Source: Octopus sinensis (taxonomy: Eukaryota). Taken from it: a DNA stretch of 64,000 bases. Positions 1 to 13,859 of the stretch are shown here, one piece after another. The notes below the pieces were generated by a model. That model saw nothing but the letters and a program-made list of their open reading frames with translations. It had not been told where the DNA came from and searched no databases. The stretch covers positions 49,538,001 through 49,602,000 of the forward strand of contig NC_043000.1 of assembly GCF_006345805.1 (NCBI RefSeq), in the 5' to 3' direction. Made by a program: the position numbers and the translations under genes. How positions within the stretch are numbered: position 1 is the stretch's first letter; the number at the start of each line of letters is the position of its first letter.

Positions 1-266
1 GCTCAACTAGTACTTATTTAATTAACTCCAAAAGGGTGAAAGGCAAAGTCCACCTTGACCTAATTTGAACTCAGAATACAAAGACAAAATGGCACCAAGT
101 ATTTTGTCCAGCATGAAAATGATTCTACTAGCTCACCACCTTAATAATAATAATGATGATGATGATGATGATGATAAGAAAAGAAGAGTGTGATACAATT
201 TAGGAAAAATATTGACGCTGTATATTGGATTGAAAAATAATTCAATACTATGTCTGTCTTCCTCAG

Positions 267-531
267 GTTCAGTGTGTTAAGGACTGTGCAAGATGAAACA
301 GGCAAAGAGATAGAGGAGACTGAAATTGAGTATCCTGTAGGGCTTCTACAGAAGGTTAGTCTCCTAGAAACAGGGGAGATCACCAGAAAGTTTTTGAGCA
401 CTATTGAAATCAAGTGGATATCTAAGGTTATAGGTAGTAAACCACTGCCCACATAATGTCTACCAGAAATAAGGTCAATCCTAAGTTCAAGAAGACAAAA
501 AATATTAATAGAAATAATAATAATAATAATA

Positions 532-580
<49 letters not shown>
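267..580 (+). mobile_element. 3' end of an R4/Dong-like (RLE-clade) non-LTR retrotransposon followed by (AAT)n/(ATT)n
   Basis: Reads EIEYPVGLLQKVSLLETGEITRKFLS, resembling the R4/Dong C-terminal motif LQKxxLLGTARILRKVL. A short 3' UTR then runs into TAA-type microsatellite, the known target of Dong elements. Confidence 0.6.
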
Positions 581-581
<1 letters not shown>

Positions 582-968
582 GATGTGAAGGGGTGGAGGA
601 GGAGGAGGCGGACGATGATGATGATGAGGATAATAATAATAATAATTCTTTACATACAATAAATTAATGAAAGATTTATTTTTCATGTCTTGACAACTTT
701 TATTCTTTTCCTTCCTCTCTTAAATCTCTTCTTTCTTCTTTTATTTCTTCTTATCACTTGCCATATAAAGGCTGATGTTTACACTATTTAGATAAGTATT
801 AATTAAATTCTAACGATACTAAATGTCTGTATTTGGATGAAAAACAAGTGTTTTCCTTCAAACATATAATGTAAAATATTATATGAAGGCAAACTATTGA
901 AATAAAACCAATTATAGGTTTTAATTATGATTACAAGACTTTCTGTTGCTAATCATTATTATTATTAC

Positions 969-1004
<36 letters not shown>

Positions 1005-1104
1005 GATTTATTATTATTATTAATATTATTGTTGTTGTTATTATTATTTTTATTATTATTATTATTATTATTATTTTTATCATTATTATTATTATCGAGT
1101 GAGA

Positions 1105-1635
1105 GAGCAGTGCATGCCATCAGAGTGACCCTGGAGTAAAATATATGAAGCCCAATATACCTATCATGACTACCCATCTGATAAGGGTACACCAGGCACA
1201 TGCATCACAGCCATATGTGCGTGACATGGCGATCTCATATCAAGATAGGCAGTGCATGACGTTGCAGTGGGGCCCAGTTAGAATTTTCTTCAGGTTGAGT
1301 AGCCCATCCCACTCAAAAGGTCCCTGAATAAGAGTTGTTTAAGGATGTTCAATGAAACACCCATATCTCCAAAGGTGAATTATCCAAAACCCCAAAGACT
1401 TCCTCTCAACACATGGTCATGATGCTCCCCCACAACCTCAGCTTGTGATCAGAGATGCACATATCATCAGCCACTAAGGGACATGCTCAACTGGTTAAGA
1501 TCAAACAATTGACAAGCAACTCTGTGGTACTGAGCAGAATATTTGCTGTAGCCCATCTTTTATACCAAGACAAAACAATGTACATGATAACACTCCCAAT
1601 CAGTTAAGATCAGAAGCCATGAGAACCACTGCCTG
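1105..1635. repeat. Unclassified interspersed repeat between ATT microsatellites
   Basis: Segment ~1385-1550 recurs, diverged, at ~25945-26110 and ~50690-50850. Confidence 0.6.
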
Positions 1636-1647
1636 GTATTATTATTA

Positions 1648-1697
<50 letters not shown>

Positions 1698-1825
1698 GTG
1701 GCATTCATCTGCCACTACATTATGAGTTCAAATTCCGATGAGATTGATTTTAACTTTCATCCTTTCAGGGTCGACAAAATAAGTACCAGTTGCTCTAGTG
1801 GCTGAATTTGAAACCGTTGTTGTTG

Positions 1826-1901
<76 letters not shown>

Positions 1902-2989
1902 CATCATCATCATCATCATCATCATTATTAGTTTTTCTTCTTTCAGTTTTGTTTCCATTTCTTGCCAAGTGTCTTCCTGATACCCAGTGCAAAGAAACTC
2001 ACTGTATAGATTAATAGGGCCGTAAAATAAACACACCAGATTGTTCATTTACAAAGTAAAATTATAAGGAAAAAAAGAGAAAATGAAAAAGAGAAAAAAT
2101 TTACATGTGTAACAGAGTTGTTGTTGTTGTTGTTGTTATAAGAGCAGTGGTTTCACAGAAATAGTAGACTATCAAACATAATGCATTGCAATATTTCTTA
2201 TAACTCAGTGTATTCTGAGTTCAAATTCAACTGAGGTCAACGATGCATTTCATCCTGCTGTGATTCATTGAAATAAAGTACCATCCAAATACTGGGAACA
2301 ATTAAACCTGAATGCCCTCAAATCTCAGGCCTTATTCCTAAATTAGAAACAATTATTACTCTTCTTTTCATTGTAGGTTTTCATTGCACTACTGTGTGCA
2401 ATTCTGTGTGCTTAAGAAGCATGCAGTGTTTGGTTTAGTATTTGTATTTTCTAGTGTACTGAAAGTGTTAACATAATATAAATGCAGAGCCTAATAGTGC
2501 TATTTTCTCTGTGTTGTGCGTAATTATATGTCCAAGCATTGTGGTTGCATATTTATCTACATCAGTACTCCATGACCAGTATACCATGTAGACGATGCTA
2601 GGTTTACCGCAGTGTAACCTAAGTATAATTTTTCCCAATACTTTTAGTTATATTTTTAGCTCAGATTTGCCACCAACTTTTGAAAAGAATATAAGTGTAC
2701 CACAAGTGATAAAAAAGGTTGAAAAGCTGATGTTAAATTATGATGATGATGATGATGTAGATCAATCCTCCGCAAACTTTCTTTTCGGTTGCAGTACACT
2801 TATGGCTCAGACAGAATTTGTTGAGGCAGATTTTCTGTGGCCAGATGCCCTTCCTGTTACCAGCTTTTACCTGGAAAGAAACAACATTGGTTGTATGAAA
2901 ATGATGCTCATTTACAACTATCACATGATGTCTAGGCAAGAGCACACGCAAACACATACAGATATTCACACACACATGCTTACATATAT

Positions 2990-3662
2990 GCTTATGTATA
3001 TATATATATATATAAAGCACCATCCGTTTGTGGCCGTTTGCCAGCTCTGTCTGGCACTTGTGCGGGTGGCACGTAAAAAGCACCCACTACACTCACGGAG
3101 TGGTTGGCATTAAGAAGGGCATCCAGCCATAGAAACACTGCCAGATCTGACTAGGCCTGATGAAGCCTCCCGGCTTCACAGACCCCAGTTGAACCGTCCA
3201 GCCCATGCTAGCATGGAAAATGGACGCTAAACGATGATGATGATGATGATGATATATATATCTGTAGAGGTAAGATTCAAGGATCCAGTTGTAGGAAGCT
3301 AGTAAGCGTCAAGCAGTCCATAGAAAGTATAAAAAAGCAACTTTCATGAACAACAGTGACTTATTGACGTAAAAGGCTGTAAATAAATTTTTCCCATATT
3401 GAAGTTCGAGAAACTGAAAAGTTGTTCTATAGTATACAGTTAGCAACTGGAGTCGTCATGAATGCAAATAAAATCTCCTGCACGTTAACAGGGGACACCT
3501 TGATGACAATGTAAACTTCATTTGACTAAGAGATCTTAGGCCTGAGCAGTAGCCCAGCAGAGTACCCCTCATTGAGTATTTGTCATATATTTATATTCAT
3601 ATGCAGTCAGGATTTTGCCAACTCCATTCCCTACATTTGGATTTTCATATATATATATATAC

Positions 3663-3732
<70 letters not shown>

Positions 3733-4389
3733 CACCATCCGTTTGTGGCCGTTTGCCAGCTCTGTCTGGCACTTGTGCGGGTGGCACGTAAAAAGCACCC
3801 ACTACACTCACGGAGTGGTTGGCATTAAGAAGGGCATCCAGCCATAGAAACACTGCCAGATCTGACTAGGCCTGATGAAGCCTCCCGGCTTCACAGACCC
3901 CAGTTGAACCGTCCAGCCCATGCTAGCATGGAAAATGGACGCTAAACGATGATGATGATGATGATGATATATATATCTGTAGAGGTAAGATTCAAGGATC
4001 CAGTTGTAGGAAGCTAGTAAGCGTCAAGCAGTCCATAGAAAGTATAAAAAAGCAACTTTCATGAACAACAGTGACTTATTGACGTAAAAGGCTGTAAATA
4101 AATTTTTCCCATATTGAAGTTCGAGAAACTGAAAAGTTGTTCTATAGTATACAGTTAGCAACTGGAGTCGTCATGAATGCAAATAAAATCTCCTGCACGT
4201 TAACAGGGGACACCTTGATGACAATGTAAACTTCATTTGACTAAGAGATCTTAGGCCTGAGCAGTAGCCCAGCAGAGTACCCCTCATTGAGTATTTGTCA
4301 TATATTTATATTCATATGCAGTCAGGATTTTGCCAACTCCATTCCCTACATTTGGATTTTCATATATATATATACATATATATATATAC

Positions 4390-4428
<39 letters not shown>
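2990..4428. repeat. 715-bp tandem duplication bounded by (TA)n tracts
   Basis: aaagcaccatcc occurs at 3014 and 3729. The SINE fragment plus ~390 bp of otherwise unique sequence appear identical in both copies apart from microsatellite length. Confidence 0.9.
3014..3247 (+). mobile_element. SINE/LINE-tail family fragment ending in (GAT)n
   Basis: The motif ...gtggttggcattaagaagggcatccagcc...cccatgctagcatggaaaatggacg...(gat)n recurs at 3729, 20532(-), 33690, 44430 and 49050(-). Confidence 0.8.
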
Positions 4429-4429
4429 T

Positions 4430-4785
4430 CAGTTGAATAAAGTTAAAACATGGTCTGGTTTGCATGTTTTTTATTATGGTATTTTAACATTAAAAAAATT
4501 ATTTTGTAATGCTCATAAACTTAAATTAGTGCTTACGTATATGGTGTACTTATCAGATTTCAAATGTGTTTAACTGACAGTTGAGTTCTTCACAAATTTA
4601 GTACCTATTAGAACTAAAGTTGTCAAGAACTCAACTATCAGTTAAACACATTTGAAATCTGGTGAGTACACTATGTATGAAAGTGTTAGTTTCACTATAT
4701 AAGCATTACAAAATAATTTTTTTAATGTTAAAATACCATAATAAAAAATGTGAAAACCAGACCGTGTTTTAATTTTATTCAACTG
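4430..4785. mobile_element. Fold-back palindromic element in a TA tract; arms carry decayed hammerhead cores
   Basis: About 160-bp inverted arms (cagttgaataaagttaaaac... / ...gttttaattttattcaactg). Left arm on the minus strand reads CTGATAA GTAC ACCAT ATAC GTAA; right arm reads CTGGTGA GTAC ACTAT GTAT GAAA. Confidence 0.8.
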
Positions 4786-4817
4786 ATATATTATTCTATA
4801 TGCATCCACACAAATTA

Positions 4818-4848
<31 letters not shown>

Positions 4849-5322
4849 CAAGCATACATACACAAACATACAACAGGCTTCTCTCAGTTTCTGTTTACTA
4901 AATCCACTCATCAAAGTTTCAGTCAAATCATGGCTATAGTAGAAGACACTTGGCCAAAGAGTCACACATTGGTACTGAACCCAAAACAACTTGGATGGGA
5001 AGCAAGCTCCTTAATCACACAACCATGCCAGTGCTTAGTGTTTTGAACATTCCCAAGAAAACTATTAATATTTGGATTGTTTTAAGGTGGTGAACTGGAA
5101 GAATTGTTAGTATGTCAGGCAAAATGTTTAGCAGCATTTATGAGTTCGAATTCCCCTAATGTTGACTTTGCTTTTCATCTTTTTGGGGTCCAATGAAATA
5201 AGTACCAGTTGAGTACTGAGGACGTTGTAATTGACTTACTCACACCCCTAAATTTACTGGTCATGTGCTAAAATCTGAAACCAATATTTGGACTGTTTCT
5301 GTTTTCATTCCTCACATTCATT

Positions 5323-7463
5323 TCATCCATTTCCAAATATTGGTATCTGAATAATTTCTCTGTTTCTTCGAGCTTGAATCATCATCGTTTTGGGATTGGT
5401 ACATTGATTAGTAGACACTTCTTTTTTCTGGCAGACCTTGATGACATTATCTGACAGATAGGTCATGATTCCTCTGTTTGCATTGATAGATGTCTCAAAG
5501 AGTATGGTTACTTTGTTACTCCTCATGACATTTTCTCATGTATGTTTATACCAAATTTTATCAGTTGGTATTTTATAATGCTAGAATTAAAATTGATTCT
5601 GTTATACTTATGGATTATTTTTGCTTGGCTCAGTCCAGGCAGCCAATGATAGTATAGTTAATTTTTCTTCCTAACCTCTATATTCTGTTGTTACTAATAT
5701 ATTTTGCTTCATTACATGCTTTTGGTGGTTTCAGCAGGATGGCGTTTATCTTATCCTGTACTGCAATAAAAAATTCCTCGCTGCCATCTTTGAATTCTGT
5801 GCTCTTAGTTAGTTCTGCAAAATCTTCTTTGTTGAGTTTCACACTTTTAAGGTGTTTGCCATGTTGGGGTTTCTCTCACAATCACTTTAGCATTGTATTT
5901 TGTAGCTCCACATTTAGCTTCACTTTCAGCTTTTGCCACAATTTCTGTTTTGGCTTCTCCTTTTTCCTCATAACTGATTGCTATTTCAATCGCTGCTTTA
6001 GTATCTCTTGGCTTCCTTCAAAGCAGAAAATAGATTCTTGTTTTTGTTTGTATTTTCAAATTATTTATGTTAGATTTTCAGTGTTTTTTTATTAGGTGTG
6101 CATGTATTTCTATGATGACATTTCATAATATTCATCTAGTTGCATGACACAACTAACTCCTTCTCTCCAGGATAAATTTAATCTGTGTGTAACCTGTGTG
6201 CTGGATGAATGGTATATTCAAAATTTAGCTACTTTTCTTCTCTTTCTCTCTCTCTAGTTCTTTTTCAAATTGAAAATATTACAAGTATAATTTATGATGG
6301 GAACAGCTTGAGTATCATACCTATTTACTTTATTTTTAGTATTTATCTAATGTACCTATAATATTTCTTCTTCATCTCTTCTTTCATTTCTGTGTCCTAT
6401 ACATTGTCTAGTCCATTGATTCTTAAATATTTATATGCCTGTGTTTGTTGTAATTCTCTTATCTCGCTTTCTTTATTTAACACAGTATCATTATTATTAT
6501 TATTATTAAGAATTATGCATAGATTTCAGTAAAGTTTGAAAACTACAGAAATACATAACACAAACAACGCACATTCACACCCACACATACACTGGGTCGT
6601 AAACACAAACAATACGCACACACACACATAAACTGGACATACTCGCACAATGCACACTCATATGTGTTCACACACACACATACACACATCTACAAGCACA
6701 ATATATCACTCGTTATGTAAACTGAAAGGAAGAAACATTTGATATTCAATCATTAGCATCTATATTTATAGAACATAGAACTATCTGAGGATGAAAAGAT
6801 TATGATTGTAGAAAATCTCCCAGTGTTTGGTAAACAAAAGCTAGCAGGAGAGTTTGGCAACAGATGGATTCAATTAGCTGATATTCTCAGCAAAGTCTTA
6901 GAAAAGAACCTACTCAAGCCAAACATATTTAAACAGCCTTACTGTTTTTTATTGATTTTTTTTTCTTCTAATCCAATCACAACCCCTTTATATTAAATGA
7001 AATTGTTGTAAAAGAAACCAGGAACGTGTAGCCTCAAGATTTTCTACATAATTATTAAAATGCAGAAATATCTGATCAAATATTGCTTCAACATCGATTT
7101 TGCATTGATACTTTTAAACTCTATTGATTATTGTGTAATTTCCATGTATCATCCTTTTAATTATTAGTATTTTTCATCAATGCTTCTCTGAAGAACTTTT
7201 ACCAATGTATAATACTATTTCTCATTCCCCTTTTACTGTAAAAGCTAATTCCATCAATATATCAATAAGTTAGAGGCCAAATCACTCGTCAATAAAGAAA
7301 TGCTTCTTCTAAGGCCTTGTATTTTGAATACATTTTTGGCTCTATATGAATGCTTATTGCTTGTGAACTCCTGTGAGGTGGCAGTTATCTAAGATTTTCT
7401 CTGTAATCAAATGTGCACATTCATATGTACGATATATATGCAGATATTGTATATAAATATACA

Positions 7464-7497
<34 letters not shown>

Positions 7498-7755
7498 CAC
7501 ACACACACACACATATATAGATATACATACACATATATAATAATATGCATACACATACATGCATATACTGTACACACACATTCACACAAATGTTCACATG
7601 TGCACAGTTTGCATGCATATATGTGTGTGTATGTATATATTTGTATATATATATATGTATATATGTATATATATATATGTATATATGTATATGTATATAT
7701 GTATATATATATATATGTATATATGTATATGTATATATGTATATATATATATATG

Positions 7756-7811
<56 letters not shown>

Positions 7812-8150
7812 GTATATATGTATATATATATATGTATATATACATATATATATGTATATATACATATATATATGTATTTATATATGAGTATGTGTGTGTA
7901 AATATGTGTGTGTATACACAGTTGTTGTTCTTGCTTTCACTATTTCTATTATTATTATTATTATTATTATTATCATCATTATTATGTTACACCCATAAAC
8001 GTTTAAAGTATGTAGCATGAATTTGGTAATATATGCATTTTATTTGGTCTAATATCAACAGGGTTAAAAATATTAAATCAGGGCAAAGGGGTTTGGTGTG
8101 ACCTCGTTTAATATTCATTACAATTAACTCTTCTTTACCTCCTGAGCAAA
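5323..8150 (-). mobile_element. Heavily decayed R4/Dong-like non-LTR retrotransposon (RT to restriction-like endonuclease), interrupted by microsatellites
   Basis: Minus-strand remnants occur in the expected order: NPVDIRP (NYRPI), SQKCIQNTRPxKKHFFIDE (EQKGC..CKDQLLI), KKINKKQxGCLNMFG (YMDD region), EIRELQQTQAYKYLRI, HRLNLSWREG (RLYLPRxEGG), EFKDGSEEFFIAVQD, INYTIIGCL..HYKIPTDKIWYKH..KVTILFETSINANR. Confidence 0.7.
7430..7915. repeat. Long (TA)/(TATATG) microsatellite
   Basis: Directly visible. Similar tracts lie at 33310-33555, 35150-35915, 40555-40730, 41476-41885, 46420-46810 and 63200-64000. Confidence 0.95.
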
Positions 8151-9886
8151 CTTATGCTGTTTGGAAGAACATACTTGTTGTAAGGAATATTCAAATAGTT
8201 AATTTTCAGATGACAACATTGCAAGATGATTACAGAGATATACAACCCAAACAATGCATATTCACATCCACAAATAATAAAAATAAAAATAATAATAATA
8301 ATAATGTGTTAAATAAAGAGACTGAGATAAGAGAAGTTTAGTTGCTTAAAATATCCCTAAACCTTTTGTAGTAGAGTATTGAAAATCATGACAACATTCT
8401 GACAAGCTAACATTGAATACTTCTGGAGAAATATTTTATAATTAATGTCTTTTAGAAATTCTGTTTGTAATTTGCTTTCAGATAAAAACAAATCTAGAAA
8501 TCTAGTTTGTGATTCTGAAGAGAAAGAACATCATAAAAAAAAAAAAATAATAAAAATTAAAATGAAAAAATAAAAAAAAAACTCTTTCCTTCATTTCATG
8601 GATTTTTGAAGATTTTGTCACTTGAAATACTCTAAGCACTAAAATGAGAAATTTATTAAAAATAAGAAACCGCTATTAATTGGCATCCAACTATACTCCC
8701 TAAGTTGAAGGAGATTCTATACAGCTGCTCTTTCTCAAGTCATTGATTTAACTACCTCAATAAACTTTTAACTATCTCTAGTTAATTCATCTCAAACCTC
8801 AAGCTTGAAATAACATTAGGCAGATGGACAATGGGCAATTACAGGTAACTAACTGTCTTTCAAATACGAAGACACAGTATGTGTATATACATACATTCTT
8901 ATATATATGTACATGTATAAAAATATATATATATATGTGTGTGTATGTATATATATATATATATATATACATTAAATACTTTGTCAATTCTCACTAATGA
9001 GCTATTTTTCTGCTCTTTCTACAATGCCATATTCTGTAATAACCCTCCATTTCAACATAAAACGTACAAACTATATATATGTATGTATGTATATAGATAA
9101 TGATAGTGTGGTGATGATAATATCTCTATTTATCTATGCAGCTCTCTCCTTCTCATACATACACACGCACGCACACACACATATATATATATATAAATAA
9201 AAAATAATATAAATACTATATAAATATGTGCATATATACATACATATATGTACATACCTACATATATATGTATATACATACATGCATATATGGGTACAGG
9301 ACATAAAAAAAAACGTTGAACACAATGAAAAACGAAAACATAAAAACAAAAACATAGAAACAAACAGAAGAACAAGACATACAACATAAGGAATATTCCC
9401 CTTCTTCAGTTGTCCCTGTTTCATCTACCCTGCATACCATTTATATCAGTTTTTCATGCTGGCATAAGTTGGACTGTTTGACAGGAACCAACAAGCCAAA
9501 AAATTGTAGCTGAGCACCAATGTCTGTTTGAGCATGGTTTCTTTGGGTGGATGCCCTTCCTGTAGTCAACCACATTACACAGTGTACCGGATGCTTTTGA
9601 TATGTCACACTGTTATCAAGTGAGGTTACCAAGTAACTCACAAGACAAAATCCCTCAAAAGCAGTGGGAGAGGTATTAAGAGAGGTGGCTTTGTACCAGG
9701 TGATGAGAGGTTAGAGTGTGGATTGTGCAACAGAAAACATGAAATACAGGGCAGCCCCATTTGGAAAAGGGTAGAGGATAGTGGAAAGGTGTCAAGTCAT
9801 ATAATGCATTTGTGTGTGTTTGTGTATTTTCCTTGTCTTAGACTCTCAACTCTTTTGTGGAATATTAGGTGCATTGTCATGACATT

Positions 9887-10106
9887 TGAAGGAGTGCTGA
9901 AAAGTTCCTGGATTTAAGGGTGTTGCATAGGGTCTGGTTGGAGGCCCAACCTTCTGAATTCATTTACAGGGCTTAGAAAAACTGAAGGACCATTGCAATA
10001 AGCATGTGAATCTGAGATGGGAATATGTTGAATAAAATCATAATTAACTGATTCTCCTGTAATTTTTTTTTACCTAAAGCTAGGAACTTTGCAGCAAACC
10101 CTCAGA
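9887..10106 (+). mobile_element. Mariner-derived non-autonomous element (MITE)
   Basis: Degenerate TIRs gaaggagtgctgaaaagttcctgga / ctaggaactttgcagcaaaccctc. The interior encodes GLEKLKDHCNKHVNLRWEYVE*, like a mariner transposase C-terminus. Confidence 0.75.
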
Positions 10107-11132
10107 TATAACATCATATATTTGATGTCCTTTTAATTTTAGGTGAAGTCCATCCCTCTCCAGGTCTGTCAGCCATTTAAAATTGTTTCTATAAAAAGAG
10201 ACAAGGGCATGAATAAAGAGTGAGAGAAAGAAAAGATTCAACATCTCTCAGAACAGGCAATTTGACATCATGAGGTTTTAAACTCAGAACACAGAGAGTT
10301 GGAACATTAATACAAAGCAATCTGTCTAACACTCCAAAGACTCTGTCAATTGGCTGGCTGCCTTATATGTATTAATAGAGCAGCAAACAGGAAATATAGT
10401 TGTTGTTGTTGTTGTTATTGTTGTTGTTTTGCACCAGATCAGTGCTGATTGAGCAGATATAACAAAAAATGTCTCAAAAGTGAGGATCCTATATTTCTGG
10501 TAACATTATTTCGGGTTTTTTTTTTACACCTATCACTGTCTTTTGGTCACCCCACTTTTTTTCAATACCCACTGCCCCTTGATTTTTCTATTGCCCCTAA
10601 GAGGAGCTATACCACCCTCTTTGGGAACCACTAATTTAATCCATCACCTGGTATAACGCCACAACCTAGCTGCTTGATAGGCAAGATAAGGCTGGATGTT
10701 GGATTAAAGATTAACACATTTTGATCTGCCCTTACCACCTGATGTGGTAGTTCAGCAAAGGATTATAAACAGCACCTTTCCTCTTCTGACATGCAAAACA
10801 AAAACAACAAAACATGTCTTTAACCTTTCAAAGATCATGTTTCTATTGAAACACAATTTCTACATGTCAGAATTTATTTTGACAATAATTCCAGAATTTG
10901 GAGGTTATTTAGTAAAACAACTGACTCTTCCTTATTAAGCTGATGGCTGGAACAATATTTAACAAAAGGTTCTTTCATAAAATTGTAATGGAAGGTTTAA
11001 ATTTGAATGTGAATACATCAAAACTGTTTTTGTCTCAGGTGGTTTAGCCTTAGCAGAAGAATTACAACCTGCAGAGATGTAACTAATAATGTAATTCATC
11101 AGCAAGTAGCAACATACTGCTTCTCTCTAATC

Positions 11133-11173
<41 letters not shown>

Positions 11174-12404
11174 CACACATAGATATATAATCTTTCTTCA
11201 TCAAAACACAACTCTTGTTTTACACTGCCATTCTCTCCCTCTCTTTTCTCTCACTTTCTCTTTCTCTCCCTGTCACTTTCTGTCTTTCTATCTTCTCCCT
11301 CTCTCTATTTTCCTCTCATTCTCTCTCTCTCTCTCTTTGTTCACACATACAGATATAAGCTCTTTCTTTTTCACAAGCACACAACTCTTCTCTTACATAT
11401 CCATACTTTCTCTTTCTTCTTTTCTCTCTGCACACTCTTTTTCTTTCTCTTTCTTTTCCTCTCTCTCTCTCTCTTCCTTTCTCTTTTTACCTTTCCCTCT
11501 TTCTCTCTCTCCATCTCTGTGTTCACACATACACACAAACATAGACACATACACATATACTTTCTCTCTCTTTCTTTCTACTCCATTCTCTCTCTCTCTC
11601 TCTTCCTGAACTAAAATGTTAACTCCATTAAATTTTAATTGTTATACTCCATCTTTATCAAGCCAATTTATGACTCCTCACAACAAAACCCCCATAAAAA
11701 CAACACAGAAACAAATCCTAACAACCGCCCACAAATTCCTTAAAAAAATATTTAAATAGAATTTTAGTAGTTGCACTTTAAATTATAAGATTTCAACTCT
11801 GGTGTTTTTCTGTTTGTTTAATATTTTATTCATAATTTTTACATGCAAAGTGTTATGCAACTGTTGAAGGGTTTACTACAGGAAATGAATTTCTGAGCGA
11901 ATGAATTTACTTTCTTTACTTGTGCCTTGTTATTCTGGACTCTTGTTATTCATAGCCAACAGTTGAATAAACCATTCCAATCTAATCCAATCTGACAAAC
12001 AATCACAGGAAAGTCTCTACATGGTTCCATGACCTGCTAGAAATAGCAAACAGTAAATAGTCTTCATCAAATTATGTTGTACTATCTTGAAAATGGGAAA
12101 GGAATATATTGCACACTGGATAATAATATAAATTAATCTTTAGATGCTGCATCAGGTAGTGGAGGTGACAGTGGTGGAGTGTGTGGAAGGGAAGGTCGTA
12201 ACTAGAATGCTTCTGATCATGGGTTTGTCATAGGATGGTACTTGACCTTGAGATAAACAACCCAATCATTTAGGTCTTAAACAAACATAAGGAGGAGGAA
12301 AAGGAGGAGAGGAGGAGAAGACAGAGGAAGAAGAAGCAGAGGAGGCAGTAGAGGAGGCAGTAGGAAGTGGAGGAGGAGATGTCATTTCTTGAAAATTTAA
12401 TAGA

Positions 12405-12755
12405 GTGATCAATCTTGTATTTGCAAGATGTCCTAGCGTATCTAACAGTGATTAATTACACAGGCATGACCAACTAATTAGTCGGTGTCCTCAGTTTACA
12501 ATTTCTAAGCCTTATCAGATTCTTGTCTACAAAAAATGGTATGATCATTTCCCCACCAAAATAAAAACAGTGTGTGTCAAGGTTCTAGCATATGGATACA
12601 CACAATAATGTACAAATAGCTACAAATATATTAGATATGTTTAAGAAATATACAGCTAATGAACAAGTATTGTAATTAATATCACATGGAACCGATAGAC
12701 AACGCTGGAATTATGAAAGCTTGAAACTATTTTGTTGAATATAAAGGCTTGCATA
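12405..12755 (+). mobile_element. Decayed R4/Dong-like CCHC and RLE fragment
   Basis: Reads INLVFARCPSVSNSD*LHRHDQL...YKKWYDHFPTKI, resembling HIxSGCPxLAxxEYIHRHD...KWYEHxP. Confidence 0.6.
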
Positions 12756-13456
12756 TAACATTCTTTAAAATTTTGAATTTTCATGACTGGGTCAAATGTG
12801 AGGTCATCTTTAAACAGTTGCTAGATCTCCAGACATTTCTTGCCAAATCTCTCTCAAATCAGATGCTACTATCTTCAAAAAGAAAACAGGATAATGTTGT
12901 CTTGAATATACAAAACTTCAGGATGGTCACAAGTGGAACATCTTTGATAATTAGTTGACTCAGTCATGACTGACATGGGGTGAGGGTGGAGATGGGGTTT
13001 GGGGGGGGGGGGCTAAACAACAATAACAACTACATGGTCAGGAATCAAGTTCCAGAGAGATATATCTCTGGACAGGTAGGATGTCTGGGAAAAGTGTAAT
13101 TGGGGAAAAATTTTGGAGTAATAGGTGAGACCATGTAGGGAATGTGAATGAAGGAGAGATGAGTATATCAGATTGGCTTAGGCAATAAGGAGAGAGCATT
13201 ATGCAACATGGTAGTTCACATAACCATCATCATTTAACATCCACTTTCTGCCTGTTTGCATAGGGCAAACAGAATTTGTAGAGGCAGATTTTAACAGCTG
13301 GATGCCCTTTTTGTCTTCAATCCTTACCTGTTTCCAAATAAGGTAATATCTTACCATAGCAAGATATGTTTATCATGGAAGGTAGGCAACAAACAACCTC
13401 ACTTGTATGGCAGGAATTGCTCTGCTCATTTACAGTCATTGCATGATGTCCAGACC

Positions 13457-13640
13457 AGTGTTCTGCAACTGGTATGCCATGGCACACTGATGTGCCACAA
13501 GATGATGCTAGGTGTGTCACAGTGTAACCTGAATATAATTCTTCCCCTATGATTTTAGTCACATTTTTAGCCCAAGTGTGCTGCTGAATTTTGAAAAGAA
13601 TATAAGTGTAGCACAAGTGAAAAATGTTTAAGAAATGCAG
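13457..13640 (+). mobile_element. hAT/Charlie-like MITE; a related diverged copy lies at ~2575-2720
   Basis: Start cagtgttctgcaact. Internal gatgctagg...ttttgaaaagaatataagtgta.cacaagtga is shared with 2595-2710. Confidence 0.55.
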
Positions 13641-13859
13641 TCTCGTGATATTTCTTGTAAGTTTCTGAGTTTAAATCCTACCAAAACTGACTTGGCATTT
13701 TGGAGTCAAAGAATAACGTTCTATTCCAGTATGGCGGATTAGCAAAATTGTTAAAAAGGTTGCTGGCTTGCCTTGAGGTATCTGTTTTAGTGCACTGCAT
13801 TTTGAGTTCAAATTCCAATTAGGAATTCAAGTTCCATTTTTTTGTTTGTTTCTTCTCGA

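Noticed and set aside
3150-3190. CTGATGA followed by the AGCC/GGCT hairpin
   Set aside because: No GAAA or stem III follows; it is a point variant of the SINE body.
6772-6996. Plus-strand ORF NIELSEDEK...GNRWIQLADIL resembling a death-domain exon
   Set aside because: It lies antisense within the colinear R4/Dong RT remnant; no partner exons were found.
7411-8020. Long Ile/Tyr/Cys/Val-rich ORFs here and at 33-36, 41, 46 and 53 kb, plus poly-I/L/N/Y ORFs
   Set aside because: Translations of TA, TG, ATT and similar microsatellites; not genes.
9380-9420. CTGAAGAAGG...CCTT (minus); similar motif at ~30680 (plus)
   Set aside because: Lacks the GAAA core element.
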